From positions 29,169 through 93,168 of the forward strand of contig JAUWJD010000009.1 in NCBI GenBank assembly GCA_030607875.1: 64,000 nt of DNA. Direction: 5' to 3'. Position 1 is the first letter of the stretch. The number at the start of each line of letters is the position of its first letter. Source of the DNA: Chloroflexota bacterium (GTDB taxonomy: Bacteria > Chloroflexota > Anaerolineae > UBA2200). The position numbers and the translations under genes are program-made. Positions 46,998-55,913 of this stretch are shown here, in pieces. Below the pieces are notes generated by a model, which did no database searches, was not told the DNA's origin, and worked only from the letters and a program-made list of their open reading frames with translations.

Positions 46998-49280
46998 ATG
47001 ACCCCACACGAGTTTGTCCAATATCTCAAAAGCAAACGAGACTATCGCCAGCAGATCGTCCACGTCGAGCACATCCCCGCCAGATCGGCGCGCTATGCCC
47101 GCTTGAAGCGGCCTCTGCCGGCAACACTGCAACAGGCTCTGCGTCAAACCGGAGCGGACAAGCTGTATGTTCACCAGGCACAAGCGATCAATGCCATCCG
47201 TGATGGACAGCACGTGATCGTGGCTACCTCCACGGCGAGTGGCAAGACTCTGGTCTACAATGTGCCCGTGCTAGAGTCCATTATGGCAGATTATAGGTCG
47301 CGCGTTTTCTATCTGTTTCCGACCAAAGCGTTGGCCCAGGATCAACTTCGGTCGTTGAGGCAACTCACCAAACATACGCTACGCAAGCTGCAGTTCGGAA
47401 CGTATGACGGAGACACGCCCCGGGGCGCTCGAAGGCGCTTGCGTCAGTCGGCATCCATCATCCTGACCAACCCTGACATGCTGCACCTGGGCATACTCCC
47501 CAATCACTCGCTGTGGTCCAGATTCATGGCCAACCTGAAATACATCGTGATTGACGAAGCCCACGTGTACCGGGGCATCTTCGGCTCACAGGTAGCCTGC
47601 ACGTTGCGGCGCTTGCTGCGCCTGTGTCGTTTCTATGGCAGCGATCCCCAATTTATCTTCTGTTCCGCTACCATCGCCAATCCAGCGGAACACGCCCAGC
47701 GTCTTTGCAGTATGCCTGCAGCGGTGGTTGATGAAGACGGTTCCCCGCAGGCAGCGCGGGACTTTGTACTGTGGAATCCCCCGTTTCTCGATGCCGCGTG
47801 CACTGCGCGGCGCAGTGCCAACGTCGAGGCCACAGCCCTCTTCGTGGAAATGATCCGTCATAGGATCCGCAACATCACCTTCACCAAGGCGCGCAAAGTG
47901 GCAGAACTGATCCTGCTCTACGCCCGAAACATCCTGGCGGAAGAAGCGCCTGAACTGATCCCTTTGATCAAATCCTACCGCGCTGGCTACCGCCCCGAAC
48001 TACGGCGGGACATCGAGCAGGCTCTGTTTTCGGGACGGATACTAGGCGTGACGGCTACCAGTGCGCTGGAGCTCGGGGTGGATGTGGGACATCTGGACGC
48101 GACAACGCTGGTAGGCTATCCAGGGACGATAGCCAGCACCTGGCAGCGGGCTGGCCGTGCTGGCCGAGGTGTGCGCGAGGCACTGAACATCCTGATTGGC
48201 CTGGACAATCCGCTCGATCAGTACTTCATGCGGCACCCCGATGCGCTGTTCGGTCGCAGCCCAGAGAATGCGCTCATCGCACCGGACAACATATACATCC
48301 TGCTCAAGCACCTGCCCTGCGCCGCCTATGAAAAACCGCTGTCCAACAAAGACGAGAAGCTGTTCGGCCCCGGCTTTGTAGACGCGATGGTGCAACTGGA
48401 GCGAGATTACACCTTGGAGTACCACAATGATCGCTGGTTCTTCCAGGGAATCGGCTACCCTGCCGAGAAGGTCAGCCTTCGCTCGGTCTCTGCAGGCAAA
48501 GTGGCCATTCTGGATGAGTCGCAGAACTATCGCTTGATGGAAGAACTGGAAGAGACGACAGCCCCGTTGCGCGTCTATCCGGGGGCCATTTATCTGCACC
48601 AAGGCGAGTCCTATCTCATCACACGCCTTGATCTGGATATGGGCATCGCTTACGCTTCGCCGGTGGACGTCGACTATTACACCGAGCCACGAGAAATAAA
48701 CGAGGTGAGTATCCTGCAGACTCGGCGGCGGAAGAGCATGCCCGCCGGTGAGGCGCATTTCGGCCAGCTTGACGTGACCCAACAGGTCATTGGCTACAGA
48801 CGGCTACAGCAGTTCAGCGACACCGTGCTTTCATTGGAGCCTCTGGACATGCCCACACAGTCCTTCAAGACCATGGGCTTGTGGTTTGACGTGCCGCCGG
48901 ACATCAACCGAGCTGTGGACAGGCACGGATTGGATTGGGCTGGAGGGCTCCACGCGGTCGAACATGCGGCCATCGGCATGCTGCCGCTGTTCGCCATGTG
49001 TGACCGGCTGGATATTGGCGGCCTTTCGACGCCCCTGCACCCAGATACAGGCCGTGCACAGGTATTCATCTACGACGCATTTCCTGGCGGTGTGGGCATC
49101 GCTGAGAAAGGATTCGAACTTCTCCTGGAGTTGTGGAGGGCAACCCTGACAGCCATCGAAGAGTGCCCATGCCAGGAAGGATGCCCGAGCTGCATCCAAT
49201 CTCCCAAGTGCGGCAATAACAACGAACCATTGGACAAACGCGCTGCAATCCTGATCCTGCAAGCACTGTTGGGGGAATGA
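46998..49280 (+). CDS. DEXH-box helicase with C-terminal DUF1998 zinc-finger domain (MrfA/YprA-like)
   Basis: Has Walker A (TSTASGKTLVY), DEAH (VIDEAHVYRG), helicase C motifs, and a C-terminal Cys4 segment (CPCQEGCPSCIQSPKCGNNNE). Confidence 0.8.
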   Translation: MTPHEFVQYLKSKRDYRQQIVHVEHIPARSARYARLKRPLPATLQQALRQTGADKLYVHQAQAINAIRDGQHVIVATSTASGKTLVYNVPVLESIMADYRSRVFYLFPTKALAQDQLRSLRQLTKHTLRKLQFGTYDGDTPRGARRRLRQSASIILTNPDMLHLGILPNHSLWSRFMANLKYIVIDEAHVYRGIFGSQVACTLRRLLRLCRFYGSDPQFIFCSATIANPAEHAQRLCSMPAAVVDEDGSPQAARDFVLWNPPFLDAACTARRSANVEATALFVEMIRHRIRNITFTKARKVAELILLYARNILAEEAPELIPLIKSYRAGYRPELRRDIEQALFSGRILGVTATSALELGVDVGHLDATTLVGYPGTIASTWQRAGRAGRGVREALNILIGLDNPLDQYFMRHPDALFGRSPENALIAPDNIYILLKHLPCAAYEKPLSNKDEKLFGPGFVDAMVQLERDYTLEYHNDRWFFQGIGYPAEKVSLRSVSAGKVAILDESQNYRLMEELEETTAPLRVYPGAIYLHQGESYLITRLDLDMGIAYASPVDVDYYTEPREINEVSILQTRRRKSMPAGEAHFGQLDVTQQVIGYRRLQQFSDTVLSLEPLDMPTQSFKTMGLWFDVPPDINRAVDRHGLDWAGGLHAVEHAAIGMLPLFAMCDRLDIGGLSTPLHPDTGRAQVFIYDAFPGGVGIAEKGFELLLELWRATLTAIEECPCQEGCPSCIQSPKCGNNNEPLDKRAAILILQALLGE

Positions 49281-49406
49281 CATTCAGGTGACACGCGCAA
49301 AGTGGTGTCTTGCAGCGACAGATATGACCAGAGCATAGAGGAGAAGCGAGGACAAACCTGGACCGGGTATCCAGCCAGTCTCAGCAGTGCCGGCAGTGTG
49401 CGTGCC

Positions 49407-49679
49407 TCAATGCGGTGACCTGAGCATTAGCTCAATCAGATCCTCCAGCGGCTTTTCTGTGTCGGGACGGCTCGCCGCCTGGGCGGAACACTCCTTGGCA
49501 TAGTGTTTCAGCAGAAACACACTGGCACTGTAGACAGCGCCACGAATCGAAGCGAGCTGGCTAATGATTTCGGCACAATCCCGCTCGTCCTCTATCATGC
49601 GCTGCACGCCCCGGGCCTGTCCTTCTATGCGCCGCAGCCGGGAAAGCATTTGCTGTTGTACATTTTCGGCGAAAGGCAT
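49407..49679 (-). CDS. CsoR/RcnR-family metal-sensing transcriptional repressor
   Basis: The ORF is 90 aa. QARGVQRMIEDERDCAEIISQLASIRGAV matches the DUF156 signature, with Cys and His in the metal positions. Confidence 0.75.
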   Translation of the reverse strand: MPFAENVQQQMLSRLRRIEGQARGVQRMIEDERDCAEIISQLASIRGAVYSASVFLLKHYAKECSAQAASRPDTEKPLEDLIELMLRSPH

Positions 49680-49730
49680 CCTTCAAACCTCACAATTGCT
49701 GAGAGCCACCGGCTCTCATCTGCGGATGCT

Positions 49731-49931
49731 TCAACCCCCTGTTGGCGCACACGAACTGTCGACAGTTGCCGCACCCCTCCCGGAACCGCTCCTGCCAAAA
49801 AGGGAAACGGCCTTGTCTACGTGGCGGCTACCACACCGCGGGCAGCAGATATCCTGCGTCGCCGACATAGAGCGAAGCCACTTTTCGAACTTTTCGCCGC
49901 ATTCACTACAGCGATACTCGTAGATTGGCAT
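49731..49931 (-). CDS. FmdB-family zinc-ribbon protein
   Basis: Begins MPIYEYRCSECGEKFE and later has CPRCGS, which is the FmdB CxxC...CxxC signature. The longer upstream ORF is rejected. Confidence 0.6.
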   Translation of the reverse strand: MPIYEYRCSECGEKFEKWLRSMSATQDICCPRCGSRHVDKAVSLFGRSGSGRGAATVDSSCAPTGG

Positions 49932-49980
49932 GTCTATACTCCAACATTCGTATTGCCTGGATAATCTGCGGATGAATCGC

Positions 49981-50319
49981 TTACGACGCACCGTCCAAGA
50001 TAGCGTCCAGCTTCTCCGCAATAGCTTGCTTCGGACGTGCACCAACCATGCGCTCGACTTCCTGGCCATCCTTAAAGATGATCATCGTCGGTATGCCCAT
50101 GATGCCATACTGGCCAGGTGTATTGCCATTCTCATCCGTGTTCAGCTTAGCCACCACTGCGCGTCCATCATAGTCGGCCGCCAACTCCTCGATAACGGGA
50201 GCAACCATAAGACAGGGACCACACCACGGAGCCCAGAAGTCGACCACAACAGGCAGCTCGGACTCCAGAACTTCCTTTTGAAACGTCTCATCGGTCACAT
50301 GCAATAACTCTTTGCTCAT
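49981..50319 (-). CDS. trxA: thioredoxin
   Basis: Has the WCGPC active site and is 112 aa. Confidence 0.9.
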   Translation of the reverse strand: MSKELLHVTDETFQKEVLESELPVVVDFWAPWCGPCLMVAPVIEELAADYDGRAVVAKLNTDENGNTPGQYGIMGIPTMIIFKDGQEVERMVGARPKQAIAEKLDAILDGAS

Positions 50320-50340
50320 CGTTTTCTCCTTTTTGGTTCA

Positions 50341-50565
50341 TCAGTTTCTATTGAGGCGAATTGCCCCGAAGGGGCATGCTGTAACGCACAGATCGCAGCC
50401 ATAGCAACGGCTGGCATCGACAAATGGAGGCTCCCCAGGATCAAGTTGAATCAGTGCCTTGCTGCGGCAAACCGCCCTCGCCTCACACTTGACACAGCCC
50501 TGGCACAAGCCTACGTCAACGTAGGGCACAGCTTGCGTTTGCGCTTTGGCACTTTGAATGACCAT
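50341..50565 (-). CDS. 2x[4Fe-4S] ferredoxin-domain protein
   Basis: Two Cys clusters, CQGCVKCEARAVC and CYGCDLCVTACP, in 74 aa. Confidence 0.75.
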   Translation of the reverse strand: MVIQSAKAQTQAVPYVDVGLCQGCVKCEARAVCRSKALIQLDPGEPPFVDASRCYGCDLCVTACPFGAIRLNRN

Positions 50566-50752
50566 AGAGACTCCACATCGTTCACCAGATGCTCGTTACT
50601 ATACCCCCCTACTGTATATTGTAGCACAGAAACCCCTCTTTGTCAAATCGCGTTTGAGCGTGTGAAGGGCTGGGTGGTGCGAACCGACAGCTTCACCCTC
50701 CAGCAATGGAGGGTCAGCCTTGCCCTGAGTGCCCAGCAGAGCGACGCGCCAG

Positions 50753-53251
50753 TCATTCGCATAGCGTCTCCAGACCTCCAGAATGCCACAATTGGAAGCG
50801 CACTGTCCCCCTGAGAGTCTTGACATCACACGGGACCTTGCCCAGTTCCTGCAGCGATACCGCCAGGGCGCGTTTCCATTCTGCGTCCAACCAGGGTTTG
50901 ATGATTACCACTGAATTAGGGTCTGCGATGATTGCGTGGGCCGATTCAGGCAAGTTCGTATCGGTGACGGTCACCTGGACGAGTTGGGCAGGTGAGGAGG
51001 GAACAGAGTAAACCCGCTGCTGATTGTGCCGGATGCCATCAATAGACCAGGCAGGATCGGTAATGAAGACAAAAGTCTTGGCCCACTCCCCTTCCAGTTC
51101 CTGCGCGCGCATCGCAACCCGCAGGAAGAGCGTTTCCAGATTCTGGTAGCGTTCCATGCGATGCCTGGAAAGTGGATAGGCCTGGCACAGGTTATAGCCA
51201 AGCACTGTAATGAGCACCAGAGGGACAAAACCGACCGCACAGATCCGATTCCCGCAGACACGTCTGAGCTGTTGCTCGACCCAGGTCAAGCCAAGGGCGG
51301 CGAACAGAACGAAGAAGGGAAGCAGCAGAAACATCCTCGTAGTGGGGGGCCAGGACCCATCATGGGATGCTCCTAGCCCGAGGAGCAGCAGGAAAAAGCC
51401 CAGCACAAGGAAAGGGGCAAAGCGCGTCTTGCGAATCTCCTTCACAAGATAGGCCATGCCGACGACAAGCAGCGCGCCGCTCAAGGGATCGATGTACGAC
51501 ACAGCAACAAAGTGACTCTCATCTATGACATAGAGAAAAGACATCAAGGCATATATCCAATTCGTGGACACGTGCTCAACAATGCTGGTCACACTGCGCG
51601 TGATTCCAGGATTAACAAAGAGCGTTCCGGCTTCCTTGCTTTCCCAATAGCCAGGTTGGAGCAGGAGGGGGAATATGAGAAGAAGCATCGAGACAATCAG
51701 GAACGCCCAACGCCTGATGGCTGGTTTTGACCTCGGTGGGTCGTAGAGCAACAACAGCAGAAAGGGCAGCGGTACAGCCCACAAAGCAGCGGGATAGACG
51801 TAGAAGCAAGAGCCCGATGCCAGCCCCAGCACCACAAAGGCCAGCGGGCGCTTGCTCCTCAGGGCCCAGGCCGCAGCCCAGAGAGCCAGGGACATCACGA
51901 AAAGAGCCTGAGGATTGTTGTAGCCAATCTTGCTAAAGTCCATCAGATATTGCGAAGCAGCCAGGAAAAAGCAGGCCAGCAGCGCAACCCGGCGGGACAC
52001 AAACGTCTTGAAGAACAGAAAGTAGAATCCGATGGAAACGGCACTCAGGTAGATGCTGCTGAACCGCCAGCCAAAGTTGTTCGTGCCCAGCAACTTCATG
52101 GAAATCGCTTGGATCAAGGATGACAAGTAGGGATGGCCCCCGTAAACCTGCTGCCCATAGAATAAGCGTGAGCCGATGGTGGAAAGGCTCTGCTGGTCGG
52201 CAATGTGCCGAGCATAGTCGTAAAAGCTGTACTCATCTCCGACGATGGAAAACCACCACGCGTCCACGTTCAGTGTGTACAGGACCAGGGCCAATGATAT
52301 GATCCAGAAGACAGGTCCAAGCTCTCGGTAATGATAGCGCAGCAAGTTAAAGATCGCCAGGGCCAGCAGTAGGCCAGGTATCCACGCGGGGTTCCCAGTA
52401 GAAAAGGTCGCCGCCAGAAACACGATCAGGGCCACGTGCACCAGCAAAGCAGCCACAATCAGGTCCCAGTTCCGGCGGATGGCCGCTATCACTTCCTCGA
52501 CGGGTATCTCCCGCAGCGCCCATCCCACAACATAGGCCAACAAAGCCAGCGCAAGATCCCAGCCAGGCTGCCGGCCCTGGCTCGCTGCACGCACGACGAT
52601 GATCGCCAGGCTAGCGCCGGAAGCGATCAACACGATGCGACTGATGCCGAACTGGATTGGCGAAACACCTGCAGTGGCAGGAGCCGAGCTAGCAAAACTC
52701 AGATTCGAGAACACCCCCAGAGGCTTTAACTTATTGATCCACACCAAAAGGAACACACCAAAGAAACAAGCAAAGACCAAGAGGAAGTAGGGAGGAAAAC
52801 GCAAGCGGCAGATAAAGTCAATCTTGCACCACCACTGCTTTATCGATGGGGACGTTACGGGCTCTTCAAGCCAACGGTCTCGAAAGACCAACAACGAGGG
52901 AAATAGTGCCAGGAGAACGGTAACTCCAGTCAAGAAAGCTGGCTTGATTGACTCCTTCTGGGACTGCGAAGCAGACCCGTCACTGCGGTCACATTCAGCC
53001 TTCGTGGCTGCTGCTCGTCCCCCACACTCGTCAACCTGCTGCCGGAGGACATCGTATTTGCCCGGCGCTGCTTCGTCCGAGGAAGCAGAAAGTGAAGGGA
53101 GACAGAACTCTTCAGAAGACATCGCAGATCTCGACATCCGATTCTCCTCAGCCGACAGTATATGGCAATATGGGCAGGAGGACAAGGCGAGGGTCTTGTA
53201 CACGCAGTATCGCGGTAACTGAAATGGGTTCGGCGGCAGCCTGCTCCGCAT
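50753..53251 (-). CDS. GT-C-fold membrane glycosyltransferase (ArnT/PMT-like, GT39/GT83-type)
   Basis: More than ten hydrophobic segments, a DEYSFYDYARH motif in the first extracytoplasmic loop, and a C-terminal soluble domain. The start is uncertain, with in-frame Met codons at 53251, 53137 and 53122. Confidence 0.55.
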   Translation of the reverse strand: MRSRLPPNPFQLPRYCVYKTLALSSCPYCHILSAEENRMSRSAMSSEEFCLPSLSASSDEAAPGKYDVLRQQVDECGGRAAATKAECDRSDGSASQSQKESIKPAFLTGVTVLLALFPSLLVFRDRWLEEPVTSPSIKQWWCKIDFICRLRFPPYFLLVFACFFGVFLLVWINKLKPLGVFSNLSFASSAPATAGVSPIQFGISRIVLIASGASLAIIVVRAASQGRQPGWDLALALLAYVVGWALREIPVEEVIAAIRRNWDLIVAALLVHVALIVFLAATFSTGNPAWIPGLLLALAIFNLLRYHYRELGPVFWIISLALVLYTLNVDAWWFSIVGDEYSFYDYARHIADQQSLSTIGSRLFYGQQVYGGHPYLSSLIQAISMKLLGTNNFGWRFSSIYLSAVSIGFYFLFFKTFVSRRVALLACFFLAASQYLMDFSKIGYNNPQALFVMSLALWAAAWALRSKRPLAFVVLGLASGSCFYVYPAALWAVPLPFLLLLLYDPPRSKPAIRRWAFLIVSMLLLIFPLLLQPGYWESKEAGTLFVNPGITRSVTSIVEHVSTNWIYALMSFLYVIDESHFVAVSYIDPLSGALLVVGMAYLVKEIRKTRFAPFLVLGFFLLLLGLGASHDGSWPPTTRMFLLLPFFVLFAALGLTWVEQQLRRVCGNRICAVGFVPLVLITVLGYNLCQAYPLSRHRMERYQNLETLFLRVAMRAQELEGEWAKTFVFITDPAWSIDGIRHNQQRVYSVPSSPAQLVQVTVTDTNLPESAHAIIADPNSVVIIKPWLDAEWKRALAVSLQELGKVPCDVKTLRGTVRFQLWHSGGLETLCE

Positions 53252-53354
53252 CTGTGCAGCACTGCGTTCTCGATCACAACGCCTAGAGTTCCCTCAGCAT
53301 CGCCGAGACCAGAAAATCAAGAAGCAGAACCGCTTGACGATTCTGCTTGTTTGA

Positions 53355-53427
53355 CTCCTCGGGCAGGACTCGAACCTACAACCAGCCGGTTAACAGCCGG
53401 CTGCTCTACCAATTGAGCTACCGAGGA
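53355..53427 (-). tRNA. tRNA-Asn (anticodon GTT)
   Basis: The 73-nt sequence TCCTCGGTAGCTCAATTGGTAGAGCAGCCGGCTGTTAACCGGCTGGTTGTAGGTTCGAGTCCTGCCCGAGGAG folds as a cloverleaf with a 7-bp acceptor stem and anticodon loop CTGTTAA. CCA is not encoded. Confidence 0.85.
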
Positions 53428-53533
53428 ATAGCGACACACAGATTATACGCCGGAGGGCGCTTCTTGTCAAACTCAGTCGCCCCTGAAGGACAGCAGACGG
53501 CGACACTTGGTGCTGCAACCAAGGTATGCTAAA

Positions 53534-53654
53534 CTACACAGTACTGCGCCGAAGGTCGCTAAACTCGAACAGCACTTTCATATCGTTCATCCCGCTTGAC
53601 GGGACGATGATTCGGTGAAATGCGTTTAGCAATCCATGCACGAAGCAGTAGGCA
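53534..53654 (+). promoter_or_regulatory. conserved ~100-nt upstream element, copy 3 (with about 20-nt insertion)
   Basis: CTACACAGTACTGCGCCGAAGGTCGCTAAACTC...GTTTAGCAATCCATGCACGAAGCAGTAGGCA lies about 20 nt before the GT2 start. Confidence 0.4.
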
Positions 53655-53675
53655 TCAATGCTGGAGACGGACGCA

Positions 53676-54560
53676 ATGCTGAGCATCGTGATCACTGCAT
53701 ACCGAGAAGAGAAAACCATCGGCCGGGCAATCGCGGCTTTTCTGGCGCAGAATTCGCCCCAAGATCACGAGTTTTTGGTGGTCTGCCCGGACGACGAAAC
53801 GGCAGCCATCGTGGCACAGTACGCCGCACAGGACAAGCGCATTCGCCACCTGCAGGATGAGGGAAGGGGCAAGCCTGCTGCGCTGAATCTGGCTCTGGAA
53901 GCAGCACAAGGCCAAATCGTCATGCTGAGCGACGGCGACGTCTACGTTGGGCCAGGTGCTGTCCGTGCGCTCCTGGCCGCATTCGATGACCCGGACGTCG
54001 GTATCGTCAGCGGACGCCCTGTATCCATCAGTCCACGCGACACCATGCTGGGCTACTGGTCTCACCTGCTGGTGGATGCCGGCGCACACCGGCAGAGGAC
54101 GCGGAGGGCCAGACGTGGGGAATTTCTGGAATGCTCTGGATACCTGTATGCCTTCCGCCGTTCTCTGGCCAGCCCGATACCAGAAGACTCCCTGGCCGAA
54201 GACGGGCTGATCTCTCACATGGTCTGGAAGCAAGGATTCTGCACTGCCTACGCACCTGAAGCCGTGGTATATGTAAAATATCCGGCCTCCTACGAGGATT
54301 GGCTGAAGCAGAAGATCCGTACGGCGGGTGGGTACGCTCAGCAATACTTGCGCGGTTCGCGCGGCATGAAATCCCTGCGCAGCGAAGCCGCGCATGGGAC
54401 GATAGCCGCTGTCCAATACGCCCGTAGCCTGCGGGAACTGTGGTGGACGCTGCTGCTGTTTGCGGCCAGGCTACACGTGTGGCTTCGGGTTTGGTGGGAT
54501 GTGAAATGGCGTAAGAAGCCGTTTGCTCACGTCTGGCAGCGAATTGACAGCACAAAATAG
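53676..54560 (+). CDS. family 2 glycosyltransferase
   Basis: Starts at MLSIVITAYREEKTIGRAI, has a DGD motif (MLSDGDVY), and is 294 aa. Confidence 0.8.
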   Translation: MLSIVITAYREEKTIGRAIAAFLAQNSPQDHEFLVVCPDDETAAIVAQYAAQDKRIRHLQDEGRGKPAALNLALEAAQGQIVMLSDGDVYVGPGAVRALLAAFDDPDVGIVSGRPVSISPRDTMLGYWSHLLVDAGAHRQRTRRARRGEFLECSGYLYAFRRSLASPIPEDSLAEDGLISHMVWKQGFCTAYAPEAVVYVKYPASYEDWLKQKIRTAGGYAQQYLRGSRGMKSLRSEAAHGTIAAVQYARSLRELWWTLLLFAARLHVWLRVWWDVKWRKKPFAHVWQRIDSTK

Positions 54561-54575
54561 CGCTGTGAGGAGTGA

Positions 54576-55322
54576 ATGAAGGCAATCCGTTGGACCGTCA
54601 TTACGGTACTCAAGATCCTGGCAAGACTCCTGCTGAAAGTAAAAGTGACAGGCCTGGAGCGTCTACCGCCCAATGGGCCGGTCATCCTGGCCATCAACCA
54701 CATCAACTCCATTGATGCCCTGTTGCTGAGGGCATTGCTGCCCCGTGACATCATAGGGTGGGGCAAAGCCGAGATCTGGGACAATCCCATCCTCAGGATC
54801 TTGGCCCAATCATTGAACACCATCCAGCTGCGGCGCGGCGAACTGGACATCGGGTCTGTGCGCCTGGCCTTGCAGGCATTGGGCGAAGGCAAGGTGCTGG
54901 GCATCGCACCAGAAGGCACGCGCAGTTGGCATGGGCGTCTGCAACAGGGCCACCCGGGCCTCGTTTTCCTCGCCCTGCGCACGCCTGATACATTCATCTT
55001 ACCGACGGTTCTCTACGGGCAAGAACGCTTCGGCAAGAACCTACCTCACTTGCGGCGTACGGAAGTCAAGGTGTTCTTTGGGCAGGGATTCTATCTAAAT
55101 CCGGGAGACGGCAGGATGACACGGAATATGCGCCAAGAGATGACAGACGAGATCATGGCGCAAATAGCTGCTTTGCTTCCTCCGGAGTATCGCGGGGTCT
55201 ACAGCAACCTGGCAGCAGCCAGCGAGCGCTACCTGCGCTTCCCACCAGGGGCAAGGAGCAACCTGCAACTGTCCCTGAGCGACGGGGCAAACTCGGCTAT
55301 AGGCGCGGAGGATAGCCTATGA
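54576..55322 (+). CDS. plsC: 1-acyl-sn-glycerol-3-phosphate acyltransferase family protein
   Basis: Has the HXXXXD motif (NHINSID), PEGTR, and is 248 aa. Confidence 0.8.
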   Translation: MKAIRWTVITVLKILARLLLKVKVTGLERLPPNGPVILAINHINSIDALLLRALLPRDIIGWGKAEIWDNPILRILAQSLNTIQLRRGELDIGSVRLALQALGEGKVLGIAPEGTRSWHGRLQQGHPGLVFLALRTPDTFILPTVLYGQERFGKNLPHLRRTEVKVFFGQGFYLNPGDGRMTRNMRQEMTDEIMAQIAALLPPEYRGVYSNLAAASERYLRFPPGARSNLQLSLSDGANSAIGAEDSL

Positions 55323-55864
55323 GAGTCATCGCCGGTAAGGCCAAAGGGCGCCGCCTTTTCTCCGTGTCAGGGCAGTCTACGCGTCCGATCACCGATAGGG
55401 TCAAGGAAGCACTGTTCGACATCCTGGCCGGTCGCGTGATCGAGGCGCGCTTTCTGGATCTGTTCGCCGGTACGGGTGCGGTAGGCATCGAGGCTCTCAG
55501 TCGCGGGGCAGGCGACGCCACCTTCGTGGAGCGAAATTCACGTGCTCTGGCCACTTTGCGCCGCAATCTGCAGCACACAGGGCTCGCCGAACACGCTTGC
55601 GTGGTGCGGCGCGACGTCTTCAAGTTCATCGCCCGCTACCAAGGTCCACCCTTTGACATTGTGTACGTGGCCCCACCCCAGTACAAGGGCCTCTGGGCAC
55701 TCACATTGTGTGCACTGGACAACTCGCCCTTATTGGCCCTCGACAGCCTGATCGTGGCCCAGATTCATCCCAAGGAATATGAACCGCTCGATCTGACCCG
55801 ACTCGCCTTGTCAGATAGGCGCAAGTACGGCAGTACAGTGCTCTGCTTCTACGGGTTGCCCTAG
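55319..55864 (+). CDS. rsmD: 16S rRNA (guanine966-N2)-methyltransferase
   Basis: Begins MRVIAGKAKGRRL, has LDLFAGTGAVGIEALSRGA (SAM site) and a DIVYVAPPQ-like motif. Overlaps the plsC stop by 4 nt. Confidence 0.85.
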   Translation: MRVIAGKAKGRRLFSVSGQSTRPITDRVKEALFDILAGRVIEARFLDLFAGTGAVGIEALSRGAGDATFVERNSRALATLRRNLQHTGLAEHACVVRRDVFKFIARYQGPPFDIVYVAPPQYKGLWALTLCALDNSPLLALDSLIVAQIHPKEYEPLDLTRLALSDRRKYGSTVLCFYGLP

Positions 55865-55876
55865 ACAGGCGCCACT

Positions 55877-55910
55877 TGTGGGATACTTGTGGGATACTTG
55901 TGGGATAACA
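55877..55910. repeat. microsatellite: 11-bp unit CTTGTGGGATA x3
   Basis: Three perfect tandem copies lie in the 50-bp gap between the convergent rsmD and AlbA_2 genes. Confidence 0.7.
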
Positions 55911-55913
55911 CAG

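Noticed and set aside
46998-49280. DEXH/DUF1998 helicase as part of a DISARM-like defence system
   Set aside because: No DrmB, DrmC or methyltransferase partners are adjacent, and the flanking genes are a mannosidase and a CsoR operon. It is more consistent with a stand-alone MrfA/YprA-type repair helicase.
50585-50625. LexA/SOS box (CTGT-N-ACAG) upstream of the ferredoxin-trxA operon
   Set aside because: The spacing is CTGT-N10-ACAG rather than N8, and no DNA-repair genes are downstream. It is reinterpreted as a possible CsoR-type operator.
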